A stretch of DNA of 64,000 nucleotides from Mobula hypostoma. Its lineage: Eukaryota. This document shows positions 37,585 through 47,914 of this stretch, one piece after another (the first letter of the stretch is position 1; each line of letters starts with the position of its first letter). The position numbers and the translations under genes were made by a program. The notes beneath the pieces are model-generated. The model searched no databases and was not told where the DNA came from. It saw nothing but the letters and a program-made list of their open reading frames with translations. Where the stretch lies: positions 67,024,001 to 67,088,000 of the forward strand of contig NC_086097.1 in assembly GCF_963921235.1 (NCBI RefSeq), in the 5' to 3' direction.

Positions 37585-38764
37585 GTAGGATTTTTTTTGC
37601 ATTATGCTAAAAATCTGATCAGTCATATTAAACTTGGAACACTTGTCATGTTTCACTGTTTGGTTAATTATTTGCAAAACACTAAAAAACCATGCTTTCA
37701 AAGTTAAAACTCACTCCATGGAGATCTTTTAGGGAAGAAAATAAGTATTACAGAATATTGAACCATGTAATTTGAAAATATAGTTTGGTGATATAGTAAA
37801 TCTACCATTACAGTGCTATAAATGCTGCCAAAAGAAGAGATTTTTGAATTTGTTGCACTGGGGAAGAATATTTATAGAAATTGGGGAATATGACTTGGTA
37901 CAGATGTAGGAAGTACATTTTCTGTATTAATGCAGCCGGAGAGGAGGACATTCTGAGTAGTAGTTGGTTGACAATACCATAGGGTTCCTTAGCAGAAATT
38001 TAAGAATGAGCAGGAGGGCTAGGCTGGACATGTAGAATCAACTGTTGGGCAGTGGATGTCAGGATTATGATGTTTTGTTTGAATTTGCTCAAGTAACAAA
38101 CTGGAATTAGGAGTGTATTTTTGTCTAGCATCTTTGAAATTCCCATTGTTACTCTTTTTGTTTTGACCTGAGCTACCTAGTAGACTCAAATTTTCCTTGG
38201 CCTGAGCAATAATTTCCTCAGTCAGTTTTTTTTTTAAGTAAATAAAATCTTTGTGGGATGGCAGGTAGAATATTATGTAATGATTTTATAAAAACTCTGG
38301 CCTGGTTTCTTTCTACCTATGATAGCATGAGAATGTTGAACAGTCATTAATTAGTTTTGCCTTTGCATCCATAACATGCTATTTCTTCGGCACTTAATAG
38401 CGTAATATGACTGAGACGTCATACAGAAGGAGATCTTAGAAATGAAAAGGCTTAACTGGTTATTGCTGTCCCTTCACAAAGGGACGTCAAAAAATTCATT
38501 TTTTAAGCAGAATACTCCACAAATGTGCTCCAGATTACCTCATTTGTTCATGATTTCAAGAGGAGTCAGGAGGTTCTACCACATTTGCCTTTTCTGCAAA
38601 AAAAAATTATTTTTACTGTTTACTGTATCACTCTTCACCTTCTCCAGAACCAACATGTCTTTTCGTAAGTGGTATCTAGTACATGAAAGTAATCAGTACT
38701 CTGTTTTTGATACTGGATTCCTAGAGTTAGTTTATACTGTATTTGCATCTCTCTAGTTATCATA

Positions 38765-39110
38765 AACATGAGATTCTGCAGATGCTAGAAGTCCAGAGCA
38801 ATACACACAAAATGCTGGAGGAACTTGGCAGGTCATGCAGCATTTATGGAAATAAATAAACAGTCGATGTTTCAGGCTGAGACCCTTCATCAAGACTGGA
38901 CAGGTAGGGGAAGATGAAAGAAGTGGAGAGAGAAAGAGGACTGTGTATCCCCTATCACCTTTTTTTTACCCGTCCACCGCCCCCCCCCCCCCATTTTTAT
39001 TCTGACATCTTCCCCCTTTCTTACCAGTCCTGAAGAAGGGCCTTGGCCTTAAACTTCAACGATTTATTCATTTCCATAGATGCTCTCTGATGTGTCGAGT
39101 CTCACCAGCG
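38765..39110. mobile_element. Fold-back Penelope-terminus-derived element with two opposed decayed hammerheads
   Basis: Minus-strand motif 38861-38898 (TTGATGA...GAAA) and plus-strand motif 39025-39061 (CTGAAGA...TAAA) within diverged inverted arms. Confidence 0.75.
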
Positions 39111-39427
39111 ATGTCTTACTGCTGGCTTGTCTTCCATCAGTGATCATTTGTCTGGTGCTATTAAATAACTTTTGCCAATTCAGTCAGTTTGAATGTATTT
39201 ATTTGATTCTTATTTATCTCGCTGCTTGTCCTATTGGCAGTTTTTTAAATCATCCATCAATTTGGAGACTATAAACAGGTATTTTGTATGTGCATTAAAA
39301 AATTTTTGACTGCTGCATAAGGGCACTGAAATAAAAGTATAATAAAATAGCTGTTGCAAAGAGTTAAATCATTAGTTTACTTGGTTAGCAAAATGTTGCG
39401 ATCATGATCAAAAGGAAACCAGACCAA

Positions 39428-39845
39428 AAGAAGTTGGGTCTTTATTCTTTGGAACGTAGAAGGTTGAGGGGGGACTTGATAGAGGTATTTAAAATTATGA
39501 GGGGGATAAATAGAGTTGACGTGGACAGGCTTTTTCCATTGAGAGTGGCGGAGATTCAAACAAGAGGACATGAGTTGAGAGTTAAAGGGCAAAGTTTAGG
39601 GGTAACATGAGGGGGAACTTCTTTACTCAGAGAGTGGTAGCTGTGTGGAACGAGCTTCCAGCAGAAGTGGTTGAGGCAGGTTCAATGTTATCATTTAAAG
39701 TTAAATTGGACAGCTATATGGACAGGAAAGGAATGGAGAGTTATGGGCTGAGTGCAGGTCGGTGGGACTAGGTGAGAGTAAGAGTTCGGCATGGACTAGA
39801 AGGGCCGAGATGGCCTGTTTCCATGCTGTAATTGTTGTGTGGTTA
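39428..39845 (+). mobile_element. CR1 LINE 3' end
   Basis: KLGLYSLERRRLRGDLIEVFKIMRGINRVD...TRGH. Confidence 0.92.
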
Positions 39846-40074
39846 ATTAAACAAGTACAATATGGAGCTGAGAAATATTTCGAAGAATTTGAGAATTGAA
39901 AGAGTGGTCATAAATTTGGAGGAAAAGCATGGTTGTAGAAAGAAACCATGAATATATGAGTATTGACATGATGAGATTTGGGCAAGTAGCAGATTACAGG
40001 GGTGATTGATAGATTTGGGAGAGTCTCATATGGAGTATTGTGAAGGTGCATAACAAGTCCACAATGCCCAGGAA

Positions 40075-41075
40075 TGAGAAGGCTACAGAAATTGATGAGT
40101 ACAGCCCAGTCCATCACAAGCAAAGCCCTCCCCACCACTGAGTACATTTAGAAGGAGCTCCACCACAAGAAAGCAGTGCCCGTCATCCAGGGCCCTGACC
40201 ATCCAGTCCATGCTCTCTTCTCGCTACTGCATTCAGGTAAGAGGTACAGAAGTCTTGGGTCCCATGCTACCAGGCTCAAGTACAGTTGTTATCCAACAAC
40301 TATCAGGCTCCTGAACTGGTGTGGATAACTTCACTTACCACAACTCTGAACTCTATTTCCTGAGAAGTTTGCAAAGATTAGGCATGACATCTGAAACACT
40401 GAAAAACTTCTATAGCTGTGTGGTGGAGAGTATATGGACTTGCTGCATCACTGCCTGGGACATCCCTTTGTGAAGGAACATCAGTAAACGATCAAGCCTT
40501 TTCATTTCCAAAATTTCCTTCTGTATGGAAACAGTAATGCCCTTGGACAGAAAATCCTACAAAAAGTAGTGGATACAGCATAGTTCATCACAGGTAAAGC
40601 CTTCCATGCCATTGAGCACATCTATATGAAACACTGTAGCAGGAAAGCAACATTCATCAGGGATCCCCATCACCCAGGACATGTTCTCTTCTTGTTGCTG
40701 TCATCAGGAAGAAGGTACTGCAGTCTCAGGACTCTCACCACCAGGTTCAGGAACAGTTATTACCCTTCAACCATCAGGCTCTTGAACCAGAGGGAATAAC
40801 TTCACTCAAGGTCACTTGCCCCGTCACTGAACTGTTCTCACAACCTATGAACTCAGTTTCAAGGACTTTTCATCTCATGTTCTCAATATTTATTGCTTAT
40901 TTATTTATTATTATTAGCTCTTTCTCTTTGTATTTGCAGAGTTTGTTATCTTTTGCACATTGGTTGTCCATCCTGTTGGTGTGGTCTTTGATTTTATTAT
41001 GGTTACAGGACTTAAGTATGCTTGCAAGAATCTTGGTTTATATGGTGACATATACATATGTACTTTGATAATAGA
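40075..41075 (+). mobile_element. Two tandem Rex/Babar-type 3' fragments
   Basis: Repeated tacagcccagtccatcac...accaggttcaggaacagttattaccc...aggctcttgaac blocks, homologous to 23735-24185. Confidence 0.72.
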
Positions 41076-41524
41076 TGATAAATAATAATGAAAAGGCTTC
41101 TCTAGGTATTCATACCCCTTCCAGAGATTGAGATTCAGTTCTCATTTTCTTAGGAGCTCCTTGAGGTCAAAGGTGACTGGCTTTACTCTAATTCTATTGG
41201 CTTTGAAGTGTCTTGAGACAAAAACAGGCAACTAAATTATTACTGTGGGTTGGGGGTTGTGTTCTTTGAAAGGTCCCTATCACAGTTTATTGTAATATGT
41301 AGTTGCATCATCTGCACGTGTGTCAAGAACACATTGGAGGGGGGAAGATTTGTTTATTTTTTAATTTTATCCCATATTTACATTTTTGGTCAGTGAACAG
41401 CCATAATAGGGAGGCTCACATGTATAGGTCACAAGTGTGGTAGGAGATGTTGATGAGCTGGTATGGGAAGTGGTGTGCATTTTCTCTAACTGTTGGTGTC
41501 ATCCTCATGTGTTTCACAGTCAGT

Positions 41525-41810
41525 TAGGGTAGCACAATAGTCTAGCAATTAGTACAGTTGCTTTACGTTAGTGATCGGAGTTCGATTCCCTCCACTGTCT
41601 GCAAAGGGTTTGTATGTTCTCCCCGTGGCTACGTGTGGTTCCCCCGGATGCTCTGGTTTCCTACCACATTCCAAAGATGTACAGTTAGAGTTGGTGGCCA
41701 TGCTTTCTGGGCTGCTCCCAGCACAATCCTCAATGTGTTGGCGGTTAATGCAACACTATGCATTTCATTGTATGTTTCAATGTATGTGACACATAAAACT
41801 AATCTTTAAA
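41525..41810 (+). mobile_element. tRNA-derived V-SINE (HE1-like)
   Basis: B box GAGTTCGATTCC; V-domain gtttgtatgttctccccgtg...ggtttcctaccacattccaaaga. Confidence 0.8.
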
Positions 41811-42260
41811 ATCTTCAGGGATTCCCACGATTTGGTGAGAATATTGCTCTTTATCAAGGGGGTTTTGAGATCATCTTACCTTCTAGTAATCCCTTACTGT
41901 GATACAACTCAGGTTGCCTGTTTCAGCAGTCCACCAGACTTCTGAATAGGGTCATAATAGAAATTGAGCCAATTAAGCCAGTCAAATTTGAATGTTGTCA
42001 CCTGTTTGGTTCAGCAATCTTCATTGCAAGTAGGACTAGTGAAGTTAGGAGGTTCAGCAGCCCATTGGTTACTGAACTATTAAAATATCAAACAAATGTT
42101 AGATTTGGAGAACCATTTTGAATGGGGTTTAGAAAGGGTAAAAGCAGCAGTAGCTAGTGGAGATGCTTTTGAGCTGATGTAAAAATTCTGAATGATAAGG
42201 CAATTGATGAAAAACCCAGGATTAAAACTTTTTTATTGAAATGGGCAGTAGGGTTAATGG

Positions 42261-42487
42261 CAAACAACAGGAATTCTGCAGATGCTGGAAATTCAAGCAA
42301 CACACATCAAAGTTGCTGGTGAACGCAGCAGGCCAGGCAGCATCTATAGGAAGAGGCGCAGTCGACGTTTCAGGCCGAGACCCTTCGTTAGTCCTGACGA
42401 AGGGTCTCGGCCTGAAACGTCGACTGCGCCTCTTCCTATAGATGCTGCCTGGCCTGCTGCGTTCACCAGCAACTTTGATGTGTGTTG
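42261..42487. mobile_element. Young palindromic Penelope-derived insertion
   Basis: 91-bp perfect inverted arms 42298-42388 and 42397-42487 with an 8-nt spacer; TSD tagggttaatgg at 42249-42260 and 42488-42499. Confidence 0.92.
42390..42425 (+). ncRNA. Minimal type I hammerhead ribozyme motif (no stable helix III)
   Basis: AGTC-CTGACGA-AGG(gtctcgg)CCT-GAAA-CG-TC-GACT: helix I, CUGANGA, helix II, GAAA and UH all present; activity untested. Confidence 0.75.
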
Positions 42488-44447
42488 TAGGGTTAATGGG
42501 GTCACTTTTGTATATCATACACAAAAAGAGGTGTACAAAGAAATAATTAAAGGAGTATATGAAATGAGAATAACAATTGAAGTAAGATGATCAAGAGTTC
42601 CTTGACGCATAGGTGAAAGCAAATGTCTGAGTGAATGAATTCCTCATCAGGTTGGGAAAGGGAGGATAGACACCAGGATAAGGGAGGGAAGATAAAATGA
42701 CAATAGAAGTGAGTGGTATGTGAGAGTCATTGTAATTTATCTGGGGGAGAAGGGGGGAAATATGGGGTGAAGAGAGAAACGAAGGGGATTAGGGAAGCAT
42801 TAAGAAAGATGCTTAGTGAAGTAAAATGAATGAGGCATTCAAAAAGGAAGCAAAAATGACGCAGATATATATGAAAGGTCAGCCTTCTAATCAGTTTATT
42901 CAGATATCTGGAAGACTGACAAGTCTCTGTGGCTGATCAAGTTCAAGGGTGATTTTGCTGAGTGAGAGGCGGTGCGCTGATCTGGCAGTCTGCAGTAGAG
43001 ATGACATGAGGGTGAACGTGGCATAAGGATAAGATTACACTCTAAGTTGAGTTTTGGAGAGTGAGCTAAAAGTTATCAAGTCCACTTATCTAATGGTCTG
43101 AGAAATAGGGAGAGTCTGTTAATGATGATCAGCATTTAAATTGTTAAAGTGCACCATAGCTGAGATGTGGAGAGAACATTTATAGCAATAGGCCACTTTT
43201 TTATATAATATAAATATATATATATCTTCACTCTTTACTGCAAAGATTAGGAGTTTCTCTTTTGAAAGACTTTGGAAATTACTGCATTACCTCCATTTTA
43301 ATGTTGAGATTTTATACCTGCACATTAGTTAGAGCATACAGAGGCAACTTGGCCCAACCAATTTGTTGCTTAACTTGCATGTAAAGAAGCTCTTCTACAT
43401 CATATTATTCAGCTTGTTCCATGTTCAGGAAGTCATTTTTTTTCTTTCTAGCTATCCAATATGTTTAAGTGTTGATATAGTTTGTCTTGACCACTGAGCC
43501 ATTTCTATTGCTGGCAGCTGTTTCGTTTCAAGGTCTCAGACCTGTGGTATTCTGTTGCATTCTCCCCAACATTTTTGCAAATTGGAACTTTTTCTTTTAA
43601 GTTTAAATGCTGTTCCAATTTTAACCTATTGTTCTGTACTTTTTTTCAAAACCCTCTGATATAGTACCCCTGGTTTGTCAAATCACGTGACATTTTGTGT
43701 TTATTACAGAAATGAGCATCCCACCTCATCATAAACACAATTGACCAAATCATCCTTCTCCAAAACCTCCCAGCTGAACGTGTACACAACCTGCTTTGAT
43801 TTTTATTTTATCTAATTGTAATCAGGGAATTAACCCCAATAGCTGCTCTTCCTTTACCCATGCTGTTACTAGTTATGTCCCACTAGAATTTACTCTTGGC
43901 TCTCTTCCTTTGTTTTATGTCTTTATACTCTTCTACCAGCAACATTATCTAAAAGCGTGTCAGTTTTTACATGTAAACTTGGCTATATATCAGCATTACC
44001 ATGACCTGATTTTTACTGTTTCTCTAAATTGTAGTCTACTTTGTCTATTACTGTAAACTGATAATTATCCAAGTACATAATAGGATGATGAATGCCATTG
44101 GCTTAGCTTGCCTCTTGGAAACTTGTACATTTATTGCACATAGTGTGATGGATCATTGTGTGCCATGTTCAAAATATTTGCTCAAATGTCCAATTTTTTT
44201 GTTATACTTAAAATTTCTGTTTATTAAAGTATCATGATACTCGTGAGGTAAATATGAAACCACTAATTATTGAATTACTCAAAAAGCTGATTCATAAAAT
44301 TATTATACTTTTGTGGATACTCTGCATAATCAAATACTAACGTAATTTATTAATCCTTGTCTAACATTTCCTGAGCTATGAAATAAATGCAAAGCTCAGC
44401 TTGTGTTCACATGAATTTAAAGCTACAATTTTAATTTCTTTAAAAAG

Positions 44448-44602
44448 ATGCCACAATACAAGTACCACAGGTAACAGGGAACCGGAGGAGTTCAAGTCGG
44501 CACTCTGGCATGCATGAGCTTTCTCTTTGTGAACAACTGATAGTGGATTTAGTACGGCATGAGGACAGTTGGCCATTCCTGAAATTGGTAAACAAAGCTC
44601 AG
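44448..44602 (+). CDS. BAZ1A: BAZ1A coding exon (bromodomain start)
   Basis: taaaaag|...|gtacac; 155 nt; RRSSSRHSGMHELSLCEQLIVDLVRHEDSWPFLKLVNKAQ (WPF shelf); 5' boundary fixed by phase. Confidence 0.92.
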
Positions 44603-44936
44603 GTACACAGAAATACATATTTGTTGATGCAGTTTGTTATAGTCTGTGAAAATGAGGATTAGACCAGCTGTTCCTCAATTTATGAAAAAAATGCATTCCT
44701 GAATAACATTTTATTTAAAATTTTGTATGTCAAAGGCTGAATGAAATTGGGCATTTCAGTAGAAATGTTCCAATGTATAAAGTGGATTGTAATTACTTAG
44801 TGGAAAAAAAAACTTTAAGCAATTCTTCCAGTATGAATTGAAAACTTGCTGCAATGTGTTTTTATGTCTTAATCAGAATGTATACGTATGGCCAAGAACT
44901 AAAATTTCTCTAACAGTACCTTTATTTTCTTTACAG

Positions 44937-45024
44937 GTTACTGACTACTATGACATTATTAAAAATCCAGTTGCCTTAAATATCATACGGGAGAAACTAA
45001 ACAGATGTGAATATAACTTCGCAT
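44937..45024 (+). CDS. BAZ1A: BAZ1A coding exon (bromodomain ZA loop and helix A)
   Basis: ttacag|...|gtaagt; 88 nt; VTDYYDIIKNPVALNIIREKLNRCEYNFA. Confidence 0.97.
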
Positions 45025-45963
45025 GTAAGTTTAAGGCTTGCTGTGGGTTTACATGCTTTCTTATTGTCCTGTATTTCAAGTAAATGCCTGTGATTTGTTT
45101 GCTTTTAGGATAACCATAATTTTCATTAACTATCCAGCAATAACACTCTAAATCTGTGCTGTAAGAAATACTTGAGCTGCAGACTTTGATTTAGCCATTT
45201 TCTCTTGACGAGGAAAGGTGGGATCATTCTAAAGACCTTGTCTCCTTCATTTGTGACCTAGCCAGCCTTGGGACTTTCTTGATTGCAGTACTAACTTCTG
45301 ACACTGACTACAATTTACTTAATCTGAAATACAACAGAAAATTAGATTTAAGTTTACAGTAAAATTCAGTTCATCTGACACACTCAGGATTTGGATGACG
45401 CCAGACTGACAGATTTTTCAGACTACAATGCAATTTCAATTTACTCCCCAAAACACTTGATTTCACTTTTAAGATACTGTCCAGTAATGTAAATAAATGC
45501 TCTGCAGAGGTTTAACATGATATAGGTTAGCACTCCTGTGCAATTAAGAGGAAGTGTAGGCCTATTAAAGTGGCCGACTTTTGGGGGAGATTTTTTTATC
45601 AGAAACACTGTATCCTTTCTCAAGTAGTATTAAAAAAAAAATTCGCAGCACTACTTGAAAGCACAGAGAGGTTATTTTTGTTCTGTTATTAGGATGTTGT
45701 TGCTTGTAAATTGTTTCCATGTTAACATCAGTGACTGCGTTTTGATCAAACTAAAGAATGCAGAGGAGTTTCCAAATTAATTTGAATCTGTCTTGCTAAC
45801 TCAGCATGTACGAAGACCAGAAGTTCTCATTATTTTGAGAAAATTATATCAATGACAGGTTGTCAATATTGTCTGTATGACTGCACAGTTCCAGAACATA
45901 AGAGGCATTGAAGCAAAGCAGAGTTGTGCCTAAATTTGCATATTATCATGTCAAAGCACTTTA

Positions 45964-46587
45964 CAGTGCCTATAAAAAGTATTCTTCCCCCCCTCCCCCC
46001 AGATCTTTTCATGTTTTATTATTTTACAACATTGAATCACAGTGGATTTAATTTTGCTTTTTTTAACACTGATCACACAGAAAAATACTCTTCTTGTCAG
46101 TGAAAACAGATCTCTACAAAGTGATCTAAATTAATTACAAATATAAAACACAATAATTGATTGCATAAGTATTCATCCCCTTCAAGTCAGTATGTAGTAG
46201 ATGCACCTTTGGTAGCAATTACAGCCTTGAGTCTGTGTCAATAGGTTTGTATCAGCTTTGCACATCTGGACACTGCAACTTTTCCCCATTCTTCTTTACA
46301 AAACTGCTCAGGCTCTGTCAGATTGCGTGGAGGTTGTCAATGAACAGCCCTTTTCAAGTCCAGCCAAAAATTCTCAATTAGATCAGGTCTGGACTCTGAC
46401 TTAGCCACTCCCATACATGAACTTTGTTGTTTTTAAGCCTTTACTGTGTGGCTTTGGCTTTATGCTTGGGGTCATTGTCTTGTTGGAAAAACAAATCTTT
46501 TCCCAAGTCACAGTTCTCTTGCAGACTGCATCAGGTTTTCCTCCTCTGTATTTTGCTGCATTCATTTTAGCCTCTACCTTCACAAGC
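45964..46587 (-). mobile_element. Tc1 transposon, left part (about 220-bp IR/DR and transposase C-terminus)
   Basis: ta|cagtgcctataaaaagtatt; ORF 46401-46583 VKVEAKMNAAKY; caatgaccccaagcat (NDPKH) on the minus strand. Confidence 0.9.
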
Positions 46588-47897
46588 CTATCCTATGGCC
46601 AGAAACGTTAGCCATCTCTGCTCTGCCATCATCCCCAGGCAGTATCCTCCTATAATCCACCTGGGCAAGCTCCTCTCATGCCACTGTAATTCCCTTTTTT
46701 CTATTCTGATTCTTGATATATATGACTTGTGCTTTTTCCTCTCAAATTGCAGTATGAATTCAATCATTTGACTACTGCCTCCTAAAGATTCCTTTATGTT
46801 AAGCTCCCTAATAGGATCTGGGTTATTACACAATACCTGATCGAAGATGGCCTTTCCCTGAGTAGGACCAAGCACAAGCTGCTCTAAAAAGCCATTTCAT
46901 TGGCATTCAACATGTGTTGGCACCTGGCCAAGTAGTTAAGGCATTCGTCTAGTGATTCGAAGGTTGCTAGTTCAAGCCTTGGCTGAGGCAGCATGTGTGT
47001 CTTTGAGCAAGGCACTTAACCACACATTGCTCTGTGATGACGCTGGTGCCAAGCTGTATGGGTACTAGTGCCCTTCCCTTGGACAACATTGGTGGCGTGG
47101 AGAGGGGAGACGCAGCATGGGCAACTGCTGGTCTTCCATACAACCTTGCCCAGGCCTGTGCCCTGGAAGCTTCCCAACGCGTAAATCCATGGTCTCATGA
47201 GACTAACGGAAACCTATATATAAGACATTCAACAAATTCCCTCTCTTGAGATCCCACACTGATCTGATTTTCCTTATCCTCTTGCATATTAAAGTCCCCC
47301 ATTACAATTGTGACATTGCCCTTATTACGTGCCTTTTCCAGCTCCCTTTGCAAACTCAGCCCCACACCTTGGCTACTATTTGGAGGCCTATCTATGATTC
47401 CCATAACGTGTTGTTTTTTTTTAAAAACCCTTGCAGTTTCTGAGCTCCACCCACAAAGATTCAGCATTCTGACCCTGTATCACCTCTTTCTAAAGATGTA
47501 ATTCCGTCTCTTACCAACAGAGAGACACCACTGCCTGTGCCTTCCTGCCTGTCTTTTTAATACAAAGTATGATGTTAATCTCCAAACTATGGCCTCCTTT
47601 CAGCCATGACTCATTGATGCCCACAATGTCATACCGACCAATCTCTAATTGCTGTACGAGTGTCCACTACATTCTGAATGCTACGTGCATTTATATATAG
47701 GAGCTTCAGCCCTGCATTCTTTGCCCTTTTGAATTTTGCCTCTGGTACAATTTAACTCCTTGCTCTGTCTGCATTTGTACCCAATCATTGTCTTGTCTTT
47801 CCTTACATTCATGTTACAGCCATTATCTACTTGTAAACCTACTGGCTCATCCTAGGCTCTATCATACTGGTCCCATTCCCCTGCCATATTAGTTTAA
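46588..47897 (-). mobile_element. Degraded CR1 endonuclease-region fragment (contains a SINE)
   Basis: ORFs 46588-46875 (AIFDQVLCNNPD) and 47195-47467 (RPPNSS...IVMGDFN). Confidence 0.88.
46913..47225 (+). mobile_element. tRNA-headed SINE, copy 2
   Basis: A box TGGCCAAGTAG, B box GTTCAAGCC; 9-bp TSD cattcaaca at 46904-46912 and 47226-47234. Confidence 0.9.
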
Positions 47898-47914
47898 GCC
47901 ATATTAAACAAATT

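Noticed and set aside
42222..42590. Overlapping ORFs on both strands sharing an identical peptide
   Set aside because: Artefact of the perfect palindrome; no coding evidence.
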